Shown: positions 9,861 through 20,026 of the stretch, in pieces | Layout: every line of letters starts with the position of its first letter | How positions within the stretch are numbered: position 1 is the first letter of the stretch | Position numbers and translations under genes: made by a program | Origin: OCS116 cluster bacterium AG-435-F03 | Lineage (GTDB): Bacteria > Pseudomonadota > Alphaproteobacteria > MED-G09 | Direction of reading: 5' to 3' | DNA length: 64,000 bases | Assembly (NCBI GenBank): GCA_003212795.1 | Contig: QCOV01000004.1 | Coordinates: 11,762-75,761, forward strand | The notes under the pieces: generated by a model | What the model was told of the DNA's origin: nothing | Database searches by the model: none | What the model saw: the letters and a program-made list of their open reading frames with translations, nothing else

Positions 9861-11099
9861 ATGGATAAATCATTTCTCATATTTTTAGCTATTCCTATTT
9901 TCTTTTTAATGATCTGTATTGAATTACTTTACTGTTATGCAAAAGGTAAAAACAATTATAGATTAAATGATACAATTACGAGTATCAATATCGGCTTAAT
10001 CAGTAGATTTCCAACAATATTAAACCTTGGATTTCAAGGTCTTACATTTTCATATGTTGCTACAAATATGAATCTCTTTCAATTATCTATTAACTCACCA
10101 TTTACATGGATTTTTGCATTTTTTTTATATGATTTTTTATATTATTGGATGCACAGATTGCATCATGAATATAAATTTCTCTGGGCAACACATGTTGTTC
10201 ATCATCATGGAGAAGAATTTAATCTTTCAACGGCATTAAGACAAACTAGTACAGGTTTTTTATGGAAATGGATATTTTTTGTACCAATTCTTCTTGTTGG
10301 GATACCTTCACCTGTATTTGTTGCTGTAGGAGGTTTAAATCTGATTTACCAATTTTGGGTTCATACAGAACATATTGGTAAATTAGGATGGTATGAAAGG
10401 TATTTTATAACTCCAAGTAACCATAGAATACATCACGCTAAGAATCCTGAATATGTCGATAAAAATTACGGAGGTGTTTTTATTCTATGGGATAGATTTT
10501 TTGGGACATATTGTGAAGAAAGAGATGACTTAAAGCCTGTATACGGAACTGTTAAAGCATTAAGAAGTTGGAATCCTTTATGGGCAAATATTGAAGTATT
10601 TATTAATATGGCGAAAGACTCATACCATACAAAGAATTGGAGAGATAAAGTAAAAGTTTGGTTTTCAAGGACTACTTGGCGTCCAGAAGATGTTGAAAAG
10701 AAATTCCCTTATAGAAATATTGATCAAAATGATAAATTTGATCCAAAAATATCCCCTAACCTTATGAAATTTGTTTGGATACAATTGATTTTTATTCCTT
10801 TTATGACACTTGTAGTTTTTTTCACTTTAAAAGGCCAAAGTTTCTTAGAGACCGCCATCTTTGGTATTTCTCTTTTTCTCTCATCAATAATAATTTCTCT
10901 AGTTTTATCAAATAAGATTAACACTATCATTTACGAATCTATCAGGTCTTTATTGGTTTTATCTATAATTTATTCAGGAATTATATCAATTGAGCTATTG
11001 GCTGCTCAAGTATTGGCTATTCATGCATTATTTAATATTGGCATGATTATTATTTATCGATTTTTTATTCATAAAGAAGAAGATTTAATAACTAATTAG
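9861..11099 (+). CDS. Fatty acid hydroxylase / sterol desaturase superfamily membrane protein with an extra C-terminal TM domain
   Basis: His boxes 'HRLHHEYKF', 'HVVHHH', 'HRIHHAKN'. An additional ~130 aa hydrophobic tail lies beyond the usual domain. Confidence 0.6.
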   Translation: MDKSFLIFLAIPIFFLMICIELLYCYAKGKNNYRLNDTITSINIGLISRFPTILNLGFQGLTFSYVATNMNLFQLSINSPFTWIFAFFLYDFLYYWMHRLHHEYKFLWATHVVHHHGEEFNLSTALRQTSTGFLWKWIFFVPILLVGIPSPVFVAVGGLNLIYQFWVHTEHIGKLGWYERYFITPSNHRIHHAKNPEYVDKNYGGVFILWDRFFGTYCEERDDLKPVYGTVKALRSWNPLWANIEVFINMAKDSYHTKNWRDKVKVWFSRTTWRPEDVEKKFPYRNIDQNDKFDPKISPNLMKFVWIQLIFIPFMTLVVFFTLKGQSFLETAIFGISLFLSSIIISLVLSNKINTIIYESIRSLLVLSIIYSGIISIELLAAQVLAIHALFNIGMIIIYRFFIHKEEDLITN

Positions 11100-11190
11100 A
11101 TAATATTAGTTGATCTATTTTCATAATTTAATTGTTTAAGTTATTTATTTATTTAAAATATTTTCAATATTTTAAAAGAGGTCAAAAATT

Positions 11191-11799
11191 ATGAACAAAT
11201 TTATTCTATTCGCTTTTGTAGTTTTATTTTTACTTTCATTAACCGAAACTTATGCGGGAGAAAAACACAATTCTGATGAATGGCAGATTAAAGCTTACTC
11301 AAGCGCGGCTCCTTCATTTATTGGTGATTTTGCAACAATTATAGGTGGGGATGGTAAAATACTTAGGGAAGGAACCAATGGTTGGACATGCCAAGCAGGC
11401 AATCCTAGACCTTTTCCTAAAGAAGGCTGGAAGGATGTTCATGAGGCTATGCCAGCATGTTCCGATAAGGAAGCAATCAAATGGATGATGGCATATATGC
11501 AGGGTAAGACACCTCAACTTGATAATGATGGCTGGATGTGGATGCTTCATGGTGATGTAGGAGAGGACAACTCTAAGGCTGGTATATTAAATGAAAAAGA
11601 TAGCACGCCAGGTCAATGGATTGAGTCTGGTCCACATTTAATGCTTATGCCAAAGGACCCATCTAGTTTGGACAATATGAATGCTGATTTTACAAATGGT
11701 GCCCCTTATGTGATGTTTCCAAAAACAATATGGGCACATGTAATGATTCCTGTTGAAGGTTATTATAAGTATCAAAAAGAATCAGAACCAAAAAAATAA
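11191..11799 (+). CDS. Secreted hypothetical protein
   Basis: Signal peptide 'MNKFILFAFVVLFLLSLTETYA'; several Cys and Trp; lies 9 nt upstream of the SDR gene. Confidence 0.4.
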   Translation: MNKFILFAFVVLFLLSLTETYAGEKHNSDEWQIKAYSSAAPSFIGDFATIIGGDGKILREGTNGWTCQAGNPRPFPKEGWKDVHEAMPACSDKEAIKWMMAYMQGKTPQLDNDGWMWMLHGDVGEDNSKAGILNEKDSTPGQWIESGPHLMLMPKDPSSLDNMNADFTNGAPYVMFPKTIWAHVMIPVEGYYKYQKESEPKK

Positions 11800-11808
11800 G
11801 GAGTAAAA

Positions 11809-12594
11809 ATGAAACCTGTATGTCTAGTTCTTGGTGCAGGAGCAGGGATCGGAGGAACTGTTGCTGCAAAATTTGCGAAAGAAGGATATCACTCATATTT
11901 ATGCAGAAGAAGTGATAAAGAAGGTCTTGATCGTTTAATTACTAATATTGAAGAAAATGGTGGCAAAGCATCAGGATCCCTTCTTAATGCTGTTGATGAT
12001 AATGTATTGGAAGATTTAATTGTCTCTATAGAGAGAGATATAGGTCCAATTGAGGTTCTAATCTACAACTTAGGTGCTCAGACTGGAATGAAATTACTTC
12101 ATCAAACAACTCATAAAGAATTTGAGTTAGGTTGGAGAATGGCTAGTTTTGGTTTGTTTAGGATTGCTAAGGTTTTATGTCCTTTGATGGTCGAAAGAAA
12201 AAAAGGCAATATAATTGTAACTTCTGCAACTGCGGCAATGAGAGGAAATAAAACGCAACATTCACATGCAGCTGCAATGGGTGCAAGAAGAATGCTTTGC
12301 CAATCTCTAAATGCTGAATTTGCTTCCCAAGGAATACATGTTGCCCATGTAGTAATTGATGGAGCTGTAGATGCTCCAGATACTTTAGGTAAATTGCTTG
12401 GACCAGAATTATATCAAAAAATGCGAGAAACCAAGGGTATGGAAAATGACGGGTTAATACTTCCAGAAAAAATTGCAGATACATATTATCATTTAGCTCA
12501 GCAACATAGATCAACTTGGACACATGAAATAGATATTAGGGCGTTTTCTGATTTAGCTTGGTGGAATCACGACACTATGCTCGATAAAGATTAA
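11809..12594 (+). CDS. Short-chain dehydrogenase/reductase (SDR)
   Basis: 'VCLVLGAGAGIGGTVAAKFAKEGY' Rossmann motif; RBS 'AAGGAG' upstream. Confidence 0.6.
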   Translation: MKPVCLVLGAGAGIGGTVAAKFAKEGYHSYLCRRSDKEGLDRLITNIEENGGKASGSLLNAVDDNVLEDLIVSIERDIGPIEVLIYNLGAQTGMKLLHQTTHKEFELGWRMASFGLFRIAKVLCPLMVERKKGNIIVTSATAAMRGNKTQHSHAAAMGARRMLCQSLNAEFASQGIHVAHVVIDGAVDAPDTLGKLLGPELYQKMRETKGMENDGLILPEKIADTYYHLAQQHRSTWTHEIDIRAFSDLAWWNHDTMLDKD

Positions 12595-12625
12595 ATGAAA
12601 ATTTATTCATGACTTTGAGGGAAAA

Positions 12626-13969
12626 TTGAAATTAAAAAAATCAACTTTGTTTTTTTACAGCTTGGCAGAGATGCCTATAAATATCGCCCTTTTTCCTATC
12701 CTTGTTTTTATTCCTAAATTTTACACTGGTGAAATGGGTGTACCTTTAGCCTTAGCAGCAAATATCATTTTAGCGGTTCGTATTTTTGATGTTTTTACTG
12801 ACCCAGTAGTTGGTTACATCAATGACCGAACTAATACAAAATGGGGAAGAAGAAGACCATGGATTGCAATAGCTACACCCTTACTTATGGTAAGTATCTA
12901 TATGCTATTTATTCCTCCTGAAGGAGCTGGAGCTCTTCATCTTTTCTTATGGATGTTTCTTCTTTCAATAGGAACAACCATGCTCATTATACCTTACTAT
13001 GCTTGGGGTGCAGAGTTATCACCGGACTATAATGAGAGATCAAGAATTACTGGATGGAGATCTATTTCTGGAGTAGTTGGTAGTCTAAGCGCTCAACTTA
13101 TCCCAACTATAGCTCTTGTTTTCTTTGGTCTTGGCGGTAGCACAAATGTTTTGTATATCGTTGGGATTGCTAGTGTAATTATTATGCCCATATGTGTATT
13201 TTTAACTGTATCAAAAGTTCCTGAGTCTAAAGATTACATCAAATCAAACATCTCTCCGATCAAGGGTTTCAAAATTATGTTAGAAAACTCTCCATTTAAG
13301 AGATTAATAATGGCTTTTATGTTTGGAGGTATAGCTTTTTCCATAACAATTCCACTGTATTTATTCTTTATAACTTATGTTCTTAAGGCAGAAGAAATGG
13401 CTATATTTATGCTTACATTTTTTTATCTTACAAATATTGTTGCCGTTCCATTTTGGGTTTGGTTATCAAAGCAAATCGGAAAGCATAAGGCATATATTTG
13501 TAGTTTTGCAATGATTGCATTTGCGCATCCTTTTTATCTTCTTTTGGGTGAAGGAGATTTTTGGTGGATGTTACCTATTACCATTACTACGGGTTTTGCT
13601 GCTGGGGGTTTTGCGGCATTACCAAATTCAATGAAGGCAGATGTTATTGATCTAGATACATTAAAAAGCGGAGAAAATAGATCTGGCCTATTTTTCTCAT
13701 CGTGGTCATTAACTTCAAAATTAGCTGGATCTGTAGGAACATGGTTAGCATTAACAGCATTATCTTGGATTAGTTTTAATACGGGAACAGATGTTAGTAA
13801 CGGTCCGACTCAATTGTTAGGACTTAAGCTTTTATTCTCTACTCTTCCCTCTTTCTTTTTTATAGCTGCAATAATTATTATATGGAAGTATCCTATAACA
13901 GAAGAAATGCATTCAAAAATTCGAAATGAATTAAAAAATTCAAAAACCGAAAGAATTCTTGAAACTTAA
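12626..13969 (+). CDS. GPH-family (glycoside-pentoside-hexuronide) cation symporter, MFS
   Basis: Signature 'DPVVGYINDRTNTKWGRRRPW' as in MelB-type transporters; about 12 TM segments. Confidence 0.65.
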   Translation: MKLKKSTLFFYSLAEMPINIALFPILVFIPKFYTGEMGVPLALAANIILAVRIFDVFTDPVVGYINDRTNTKWGRRRPWIAIATPLLMVSIYMLFIPPEGAGALHLFLWMFLLSIGTTMLIIPYYAWGAELSPDYNERSRITGWRSISGVVGSLSAQLIPTIALVFFGLGGSTNVLYIVGIASVIIMPICVFLTVSKVPESKDYIKSNISPIKGFKIMLENSPFKRLIMAFMFGGIAFSITIPLYLFFITYVLKAEEMAIFMLTFFYLTNIVAVPFWVWLSKQIGKHKAYICSFAMIAFAHPFYLLLGEGDFWWMLPITITTGFAAGGFAALPNSMKADVIDLDTLKSGENRSGLFFSSWSLTSKLAGSVGTWLALTALSWISFNTGTDVSNGPTQLLGLKLLFSTLPSFFFIAAIIIIWKYPITEEMHSKIRNELKNSKTERILET

Positions 13970-14021
13970 GAAGTATTTAATCATTGTAAAATGATATATT
14001 TCTATTATTAAGGCATATCTT

Positions 14022-15461
14022 ATGAGTAACACCATTTCCAACAACACCTTACACTTATACACATTAGGTTCTGGTGCTGTTGGAGTTAAGAATTTATTGT
14101 TTGGATCATGGCTTTTAGTTTATTTTAATCAGATTTTAGGTCTTGAACCATTATTAGCATCTTATGCTCTTGCTATTGCTCTAGTATTTGATGCAATCTC
14201 AGACCCCCTGGTTGGCGCTTGGTCAGACCGTTTTAAATCAAAATGGGGAAGAAGACATCCATTTGTGTATTTAGCAATAATACCTTTCGGTTTAAGTGCG
14301 TATTTTCTTTATTCAATTCCTTCAGATACTTCTCAAACTGCACTTTTTATAAAATTATTAATTGCATCAATTCTTTTGCGAACATTGTTTACTTTTTATG
14401 AGACACCTAGAGCAGCAATTGGTCCAGAACTTATTACTGATTATGAAAGGCGTAACACCTTAAGTGGTTATGGTGTTTTATACGGCAATATGGGTTTGGG
14501 GATTATGAGCTATGCAATGCTAGCTTTTTTTCTTGTGGAAACTGAAACATTTTCAGGTTCACGTGCTTTTTTAAATCCTGAAGCTTATCCAAAATTTGGT
14601 CTTTTAGCTTGTTTTTTAATCATAGTCTTTGGTCTAGTATCTTCATTATCAACACACAAATATATTCCTGACATGGTTGAACCAGATCCTAAGAGTTTTA
14701 AATTTTCTGAATTTTGGAAAGAAATAGTTGAGTCTCTTTCAAATAGAAATTGGTTAGTTCTTTTTACTGCTGGAACTATTTTAGCACTTAATATTGGAAT
14801 ATTTTCAAGTTTAGATAATTATTTTAGTATTTATTTTTGGCAATGGACTCCAGAAGAAATAAGCTTATTTCCAATTATTATAGCGCTTCCAGTTGTTTTA
14901 GCAGGATTCTTTGCGGCACCTTTAGCTAAAGGAAAGAGCAAAAAAAACTTTGCCATAGGCTTATTTCTTATCAATCTCATTGTTGAACCAATGCCAATTT
15001 GGTTAAGATTATTGGATCCATATGTACCAATGCAAATTTTTCCTGAAAATGGAACAGATGCTCTTTGGTGGACAATTATTATATTTTTATGTGTTGGTTA
15101 TTTTTTAAGAACAGCAGGATGGATATTAGTAATATCAATGGTTTATGATGTTGTTGAAGATGGTCAATTAACGACTGGACGAAGAGATGAAGGTCTTTAT
15201 TTGTCCGCAAATGGCTTTATTCAAAAAATAATTAGTGGACTAGGTGTTGTGTTTGTTGGTTTTCTTTTAGAGTTTGTAGGTTTTGATGTAAAAAACCCAA
15301 CAGTATTAGAAATGCAGGAACCAATTTACAGATTGGCATTTTTTCAAGCTATCTTAGGTCCAATTCTAACTTTAGCATCAATCTCATGTATGTTTTTCTA
15401 TAATATTTCTAAATCTTCGCATGAAGAAGCTCTTAAATCTTTAGAAATAGAAAAAGATTAA
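14022..15461 (+). CDS. GPH-family cation symporter, MFS (tandem paralog)
   Basis: Signature 'DPLVGAWSDRFKSKWGRRHPF'; about 12 TM segments. Confidence 0.65.
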   Translation: MSNTISNNTLHLYTLGSGAVGVKNLLFGSWLLVYFNQILGLEPLLASYALAIALVFDAISDPLVGAWSDRFKSKWGRRHPFVYLAIIPFGLSAYFLYSIPSDTSQTALFIKLLIASILLRTLFTFYETPRAAIGPELITDYERRNTLSGYGVLYGNMGLGIMSYAMLAFFLVETETFSGSRAFLNPEAYPKFGLLACFLIIVFGLVSSLSTHKYIPDMVEPDPKSFKFSEFWKEIVESLSNRNWLVLFTAGTILALNIGIFSSLDNYFSIYFWQWTPEEISLFPIIIALPVVLAGFFAAPLAKGKSKKNFAIGLFLINLIVEPMPIWLRLLDPYVPMQIFPENGTDALWWTIIIFLCVGYFLRTAGWILVISMVYDVVEDGQLTTGRRDEGLYLSANGFIQKIISGLGVVFVGFLLEFVGFDVKNPTVLEMQEPIYRLAFFQAILGPILTLASISCMFFYNISKSSHEEALKSLEIEKD

Positions 15462-15543
15462 TAATTTTTAACTGTTCAAGAATAAATAGAGACAAAGATA
15501 ATCAATTAATTTATCTTTATATAGCTTTTGGAGGTTACTACCT

Positions 15544-17127
15544 ATGAGCAAGTTTCAAGTAATTTTCTTGACCATCTCACTGGTGATTTCTGGTTGTGCG
15601 GAAGAGGTAAATGAAAAAATATCTGGTGATAGTTTTCAACAAACCTATTGGGTTGAAGATTATACAAAAGATTTAAATTTTCCTTGGGCAATAACTTGGT
15701 TACCAAATGGAGATCTATTAGTTACTGAGAGATTAGGAAAAATTAAACTAATACGCAAAGGTATCGTTGTTAGTGAAATACAAGGTGTTCCGGAAGTAAT
15801 GGTATCTAGTCCATTTGATGGTTTATTGGATATCAAACTTGATCCTGATTTCGAAACACAGCCTTATATCTATCTCTCATATACCAAAGGTACAACAACT
15901 GAAAGGGTAGGAGTTGTTTATCGGGCAAAAATTAAAGACAACAAATTAGTTGAAGGGAAAGAAATATTTAATACATCTCCTCCAGCCCCAACTGGTGGGC
16001 CAAATATAACAAGAATTAATTTTCTTTCGGATAAATCCTTAGTTGCAGCAGTTGGGTCTAGCGGTCAGCATGCTTATGGCATGGTGCAAAGATTAGATGG
16101 AGATATAGGAAAGATAATAAGAATATATAGAGATGGGACCGTACCCAAAGATAACGCTCTTTCAGCTGATAACCCGGATGCTAAAGCGGAATTATGGGCA
16201 ACTGGTCTACGTTCTATTGGAGGTTTAACACTAGATAACAACGATCAACTTTGGGGTGTAGAAATGGGACCACAAGGTGGAGATGAATTAAACCTTATTG
16301 AAGGTGGAGGAAATTATGGTTTTCCTCTGATTAGTTGGGGTTTTGATTATTCTGGTCGAGCTTTATCAGAAAGACAAACAGCAGCTGGTTTTGTTGATCC
16401 AATAGTAACTTGGAGTCCTTCAATTTCACCTTATGGAATTACTTTTTATCAAGGCGAAGCCTTCCCTAACTGGAATGGTGATTTTTTTATAGGTGTTTTG
16501 GGTGATCAAACAATTATAAGAATGAGAATTCGTGATGGTAAGGTATTAGAGCAACAAGATTTACTTCCTTATCATAATGAGAGAATTCGTTCGGTAGAGA
16601 CTGGCCCAGATGGATTTATATATGCAGTTACAGATTCCTCTAATGGTAAAATTATTCGTTTAAGACCAGGTAAGCCATCTCAAAAAGACCTTGCTAATGT
16701 ATCTAAACCATTCCCTATGCCAAAAACTAACAGTATTGTTGAAAGATTAAGACTACATGGTGTAATGCAAGATGAGGAAACCATGCTAGCTATTCAAGCT
16801 GCGTATGATCAAGAAAGAGCTGAGTTTATTTACAATCAAAATTGTGTAAGCTGTCATAGCTTAAAAGCCAATGCTGAAAGTAATATTGGCCCTCATCTAG
16901 AGTCAATTGCTGGTCGAAGATCTGGGTCTTTACCTAATTATAATTATTCTTCTGCTATGAAAATGAATAATAAAACAAGTGTAATATGGGACTCACGAAC
17001 AATTGCTGCCTATATAACCAATCCTCAAGCAATTTTTCCTGGTACCAAAATGGCTTCTACCCCTCTTAAATTTGAGGATGCTGTTCAGGTTAGTAATTAT
17101 TTAACAAGATTAAAAAATGAAGAGTAA
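15544..17127 (+). CDS. PQQ-dependent sugar dehydrogenase (soluble glucose/sorbosone dehydrogenase-like beta-propeller) fused to a C-terminal cytochrome c domain; lipoprotein
   Basis: Lipobox 'VISGCA'. Propeller motifs ('ITWLPNGDLLVTER', 'GGNYGFPLISWG'). C-terminal heme-binding 'CVSCHS' (CxxCH). Confidence 0.6.
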   Translation: MSKFQVIFLTISLVISGCAEEVNEKISGDSFQQTYWVEDYTKDLNFPWAITWLPNGDLLVTERLGKIKLIRKGIVVSEIQGVPEVMVSSPFDGLLDIKLDPDFETQPYIYLSYTKGTTTERVGVVYRAKIKDNKLVEGKEIFNTSPPAPTGGPNITRINFLSDKSLVAAVGSSGQHAYGMVQRLDGDIGKIIRIYRDGTVPKDNALSADNPDAKAELWATGLRSIGGLTLDNNDQLWGVEMGPQGGDELNLIEGGGNYGFPLISWGFDYSGRALSERQTAAGFVDPIVTWSPSISPYGITFYQGEAFPNWNGDFFIGVLGDQTIIRMRIRDGKVLEQQDLLPYHNERIRSVETGPDGFIYAVTDSSNGKIIRLRPGKPSQKDLANVSKPFPMPKTNSIVERLRLHGVMQDEETMLAIQAAYDQERAEFIYNQNCVSCHSLKANAESNIGPHLESIAGRRSGSLPNYNYSSAMKMNNKTSVIWDSRTIAAYITNPQAIFPGTKMASTPLKFEDAVQVSNYLTRLKNEE

Positions 17128-18268
17128 GAAATCTTTTTCTAGAAGAGCTTTTTTAGCTGGTACAGCTGCAACAAGTGCATTAGCTCTTTCTCCAAAACCT
17201 TTAAAAAGTGATGAAAGCATCTTCTCATCAAGAACTAGGTATCGACCATCTTTGGGAATCGTTAAACTCAATGGTAATGAAAATCCATATGGACCTAGTC
17301 AAAAAGCTTTAGCAGCTATTGATGAGGCATCTAAGCATTCTGGATATTATGTAAACTCATCAGGTGAGAAATTATGTTCAATGATTGCTGAAAAACATGG
17401 ATTAACAACTGATCATATAGTCTTGAGCTCAGGGTCTACAGCAGTTCTTATGAATGTAGCATTGGCATCACTTAAAAGAGGCCATATTTTAGCACCAGAC
17501 CTCTTTTGGGACAGTACAGCAAATTTAGCTTCAGATGTTAGTCAAAATAAATTGAAGCGCTTACCAAGTAATATAAAGCATGAAATAAATCTTAAAGTTA
17601 TGAGGGACTCAATTACTAAAGATATATCTCTAGTCCATATAACAAACCCAAATAACCCGACTGGCTCTATTTTAAATAACTTAGAATTAAAAGAATTTTG
17701 TAGAGAAATATCTAATTATTGTACGGTATTAATTGATGAAGCATATAATGATCTTACTGATAAACCGAATTCTTCAACTATGATTCCTCTTATCAAAGAA
17801 GGTAAGAATATTATTGTAACAAGAACATTTTCAAAAATTCATGGTCTTGCTGGTTTACGAATAGGCTATATGATAGCTAAACCCGAAATAATCAGTGAAG
17901 TTATGAAGTTTGGTTTTATTGGAAACTGGACAACTAATAAGGCAGGTGTTGCTGCAGCAATAGCCAGCTATAATGATGAAATTTTCTTATCACATTCTAA
18001 ATCAATGATAAATGAGGGTAAAGAGATGGTGATGGAGGCAATTAAAAAGAATGGTCTTTCCGCTTTACCTTCTAAAGCTAATTTCATTTTTGTTAACTTA
18101 GATTCCTTAAATGCTGATCAATTCAAAAAAAGTATGGCTAAGAGAAATATAATTATATCTGGAATTTTTAGAAATCATAAAAACTGGTCACGAGTAAGCA
18201 TGGGAAAGATTGCTGATTTACAAAAATATATAAATGCTTTGCCGGAGGTTTTGGAAGAAATTAGCTAG
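17117..18268 (+). CDS. Tat-exported PLP-dependent aminotransferase, class I/II (HisC-like)
   Basis: Twin-arginine signal 'FSRRAFLAGTAATSALA'. HisC-like 'LNGNENPYGPS', 'NPNNPTG', 'TFSKIHGLAGLRIGY' (PLP lysine). The start overlaps the upstream gene by 11 nt. Confidence 0.6.
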   Translation: MKSKKSFSRRAFLAGTAATSALALSPKPLKSDESIFSSRTRYRPSLGIVKLNGNENPYGPSQKALAAIDEASKHSGYYVNSSGEKLCSMIAEKHGLTTDHIVLSSGSTAVLMNVALASLKRGHILAPDLFWDSTANLASDVSQNKLKRLPSNIKHEINLKVMRDSITKDISLVHITNPNNPTGSILNNLELKEFCREISNYCTVLIDEAYNDLTDKPNSSTMIPLIKEGKNIIVTRTFSKIHGLAGLRIGYMIAKPEIISEVMKFGFIGNWTTNKAGVAAAIASYNDEIFLSHSKSMINEGKEMVMEAIKKNGLSALPSKANFIFVNLDSLNADQFKKSMAKRNIIISGIFRNHKNWSRVSMGKIADLQKYINALPEVLEEIS

Positions 18269-19337
18269 TCTTATTTATCAACTCACCTACATCCTTATAA
18301 ATTAAACAGGCCATAAGGATAAGACCAATATAACCTATAGAAGGATATATAAGGTTAATAAGCTGACCAAAAGGTAAAAGGTTTCCACCAAACCAACAAA
18401 TTAAAGTTAAAGATATGGCTAACAATCTAAAGCGTAAAGTATGCTCATCAGCAAAGCGTCTACAAATTGTCCACATTAAAGGTGTAACTGTTGTATAAAT
18501 TCCAAGAAAAATAACAGCAGCAAAAATTGATCCATACACTGGAAAAACCTTTGTTGCTAATATAAGTATTGGAACTTCAGCGTCATAGACAGATTGAATA
18601 TTGCCCATAAGAGCTAAAACAACAATAGTCATAGCGCTTATAAAAAGAAATGGGCCAAGCAATGCTACGCCCTTGACCTCAAAATTACTTTTAATTGTTG
18701 CGCCCACTAAAGGTAAAAACCCATATAATCCAGGAAGAGAAAAAACAGCATATAAAATTGCAGAAAAAAACCAATTTTCAGAGGCTCTTAGGATTTCTAA
18801 TCCATCAGATAAAAGGATTCCCTCTTTTAATGACAATGAATCATCTAATATTGTGGAAACGGCAGTAGCTAAAGTAAGAATGACTATTATTGGCCCAATA
18901 ATTCCAAGCACTTCAATAATTTTATTTAAACCTAACAAAAGCGTAATAGTTGCACAAAATGCCATTAATCCTGATCCAAAAATGACAGGTAAACCATAAG
19001 CTTGTTCTAAAGTAGCTCCTACACCACCTAACATTACGCCGTAAACAGCAACAATCATAATCATAGTGTACCAAGTCATAAAAATACCAAGATAACGACC
19101 GCAAAAATGCCGGAAAGCATCCTCGTTAGTTCGAAGATCATTTTGTTTACCAGCTTTAAGCAATGAGAAACAGGTATAAATCATGAGAAAACCACAAATT
19201 AATAGACCTATTAATCCTTTACTTCCAAAACCAACAAAGAATTGCATGGCCTCCTGTCCAGTTGAAAAAGCGCCACCTATCAGTAATGCTATATATGCAC
19301 CTGAAATACTAAATATTCTAATCCATTGATTATTCAT
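18261..19337 (-). CDS. Polytopic membrane protein, transporter-like (YkvI-like?)
   Basis: 358 aa with 10 or more hydrophobic helices; overlaps neighbours by 8 nt. Confidence 0.4.
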   Translation of the reverse strand: MNNQWIRIFSISGAYIALLIGGAFSTGQEAMQFFVGFGSKGLIGLLICGFLMIYTCFSLLKAGKQNDLRTNEDAFRHFCGRYLGIFMTWYTMIMIVAVYGVMLGGVGATLEQAYGLPVIFGSGLMAFCATITLLLGLNKIIEVLGIIGPIIVILTLATAVSTILDDSLSLKEGILLSDGLEILRASENWFFSAILYAVFSLPGLYGFLPLVGATIKSNFEVKGVALLGPFLFISAMTIVVLALMGNIQSVYDAEVPILILATKVFPVYGSIFAAVIFLGIYTTVTPLMWTICRRFADEHTLRFRLLAISLTLICWFGGNLLPFGQLINLIYPSIGYIGLILMACLIYKDVGELINKTS

Positions 19338-20019
19338 AAAGATTATATAACCACATAACTGATCTACTATGATCTATAAACCCTGTATCTTTAGCAACCT
19401 CGGGATCTGACAGGGTTTCAAGGAACTTTTCTATATCAGAATAATAACCTTCTGCGGTACCTTCAAAATCAAATATATCTACTCCTGCTGAATTAGCAGC
19501 TTTCTCAGAAAATTCTTCATCAGCATGGAATTGCCTATAACCTTGTAAACCTGAAACATTTTCTCTTACATCGGCTGCATGATGATCTAACCAGTGTTCG
19601 TGCCAGTCTTTCCTAGACCATTCTAAAGGACGTCTTAAAACCATATTAAGAAATAAAGGTTCGCTTCCAGGAACAATTACATGTTCATCACCTACAAGAG
19701 CAGCACTTTTAGAAGCGTCAATTAAAGATCCTAATTTTTCCCCTATACCTTGTATTGCCTCAACAAGTGATTCATATGATGCGTCTTCAGACCTGAACTC
19801 TATTATATTATCAAAAGGTGGTTGCTCAGGTAAATCATCTGGTTGACCATCTTGAGGAACACTTGCAGTTGGATCATCTGGAACCCTTATTGCCCTTCTA
19901 AATTGTAAGTTAGGTAAATTATGATTTATAGACTTGCACTCTTTATTAAGAATATCATCTATTTTATCTCTATTATTAATATCTGAAGCACTTAATAATA
20001 ATTGTAATTTTTTAATCAT
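19330..20019 (-). CDS. Hypothetical protein with acidic/Pro-rich linker
   Basis: 229 aa ORF packed tightly in the operon; no family recognised. Confidence 0.35.
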   Translation of the reverse strand: MIKKLQLLLSASDINNRDKIDDILNKECKSINHNLPNLQFRRAIRVPDDPTASVPQDGQPDDLPEQPPFDNIIEFRSEDASYESLVEAIQGIGEKLGSLIDASKSAALVGDEHVIVPGSEPLFLNMVLRRPLEWSRKDWHEHWLDHHAADVRENVSGLQGYRQFHADEEFSEKAANSAGVDIFDFEGTAEGYYSDIEKFLETLSDPEVAKDTGFIDHSRSVMWLYNLYE

Positions 20020-20026
20020 AAAAACC

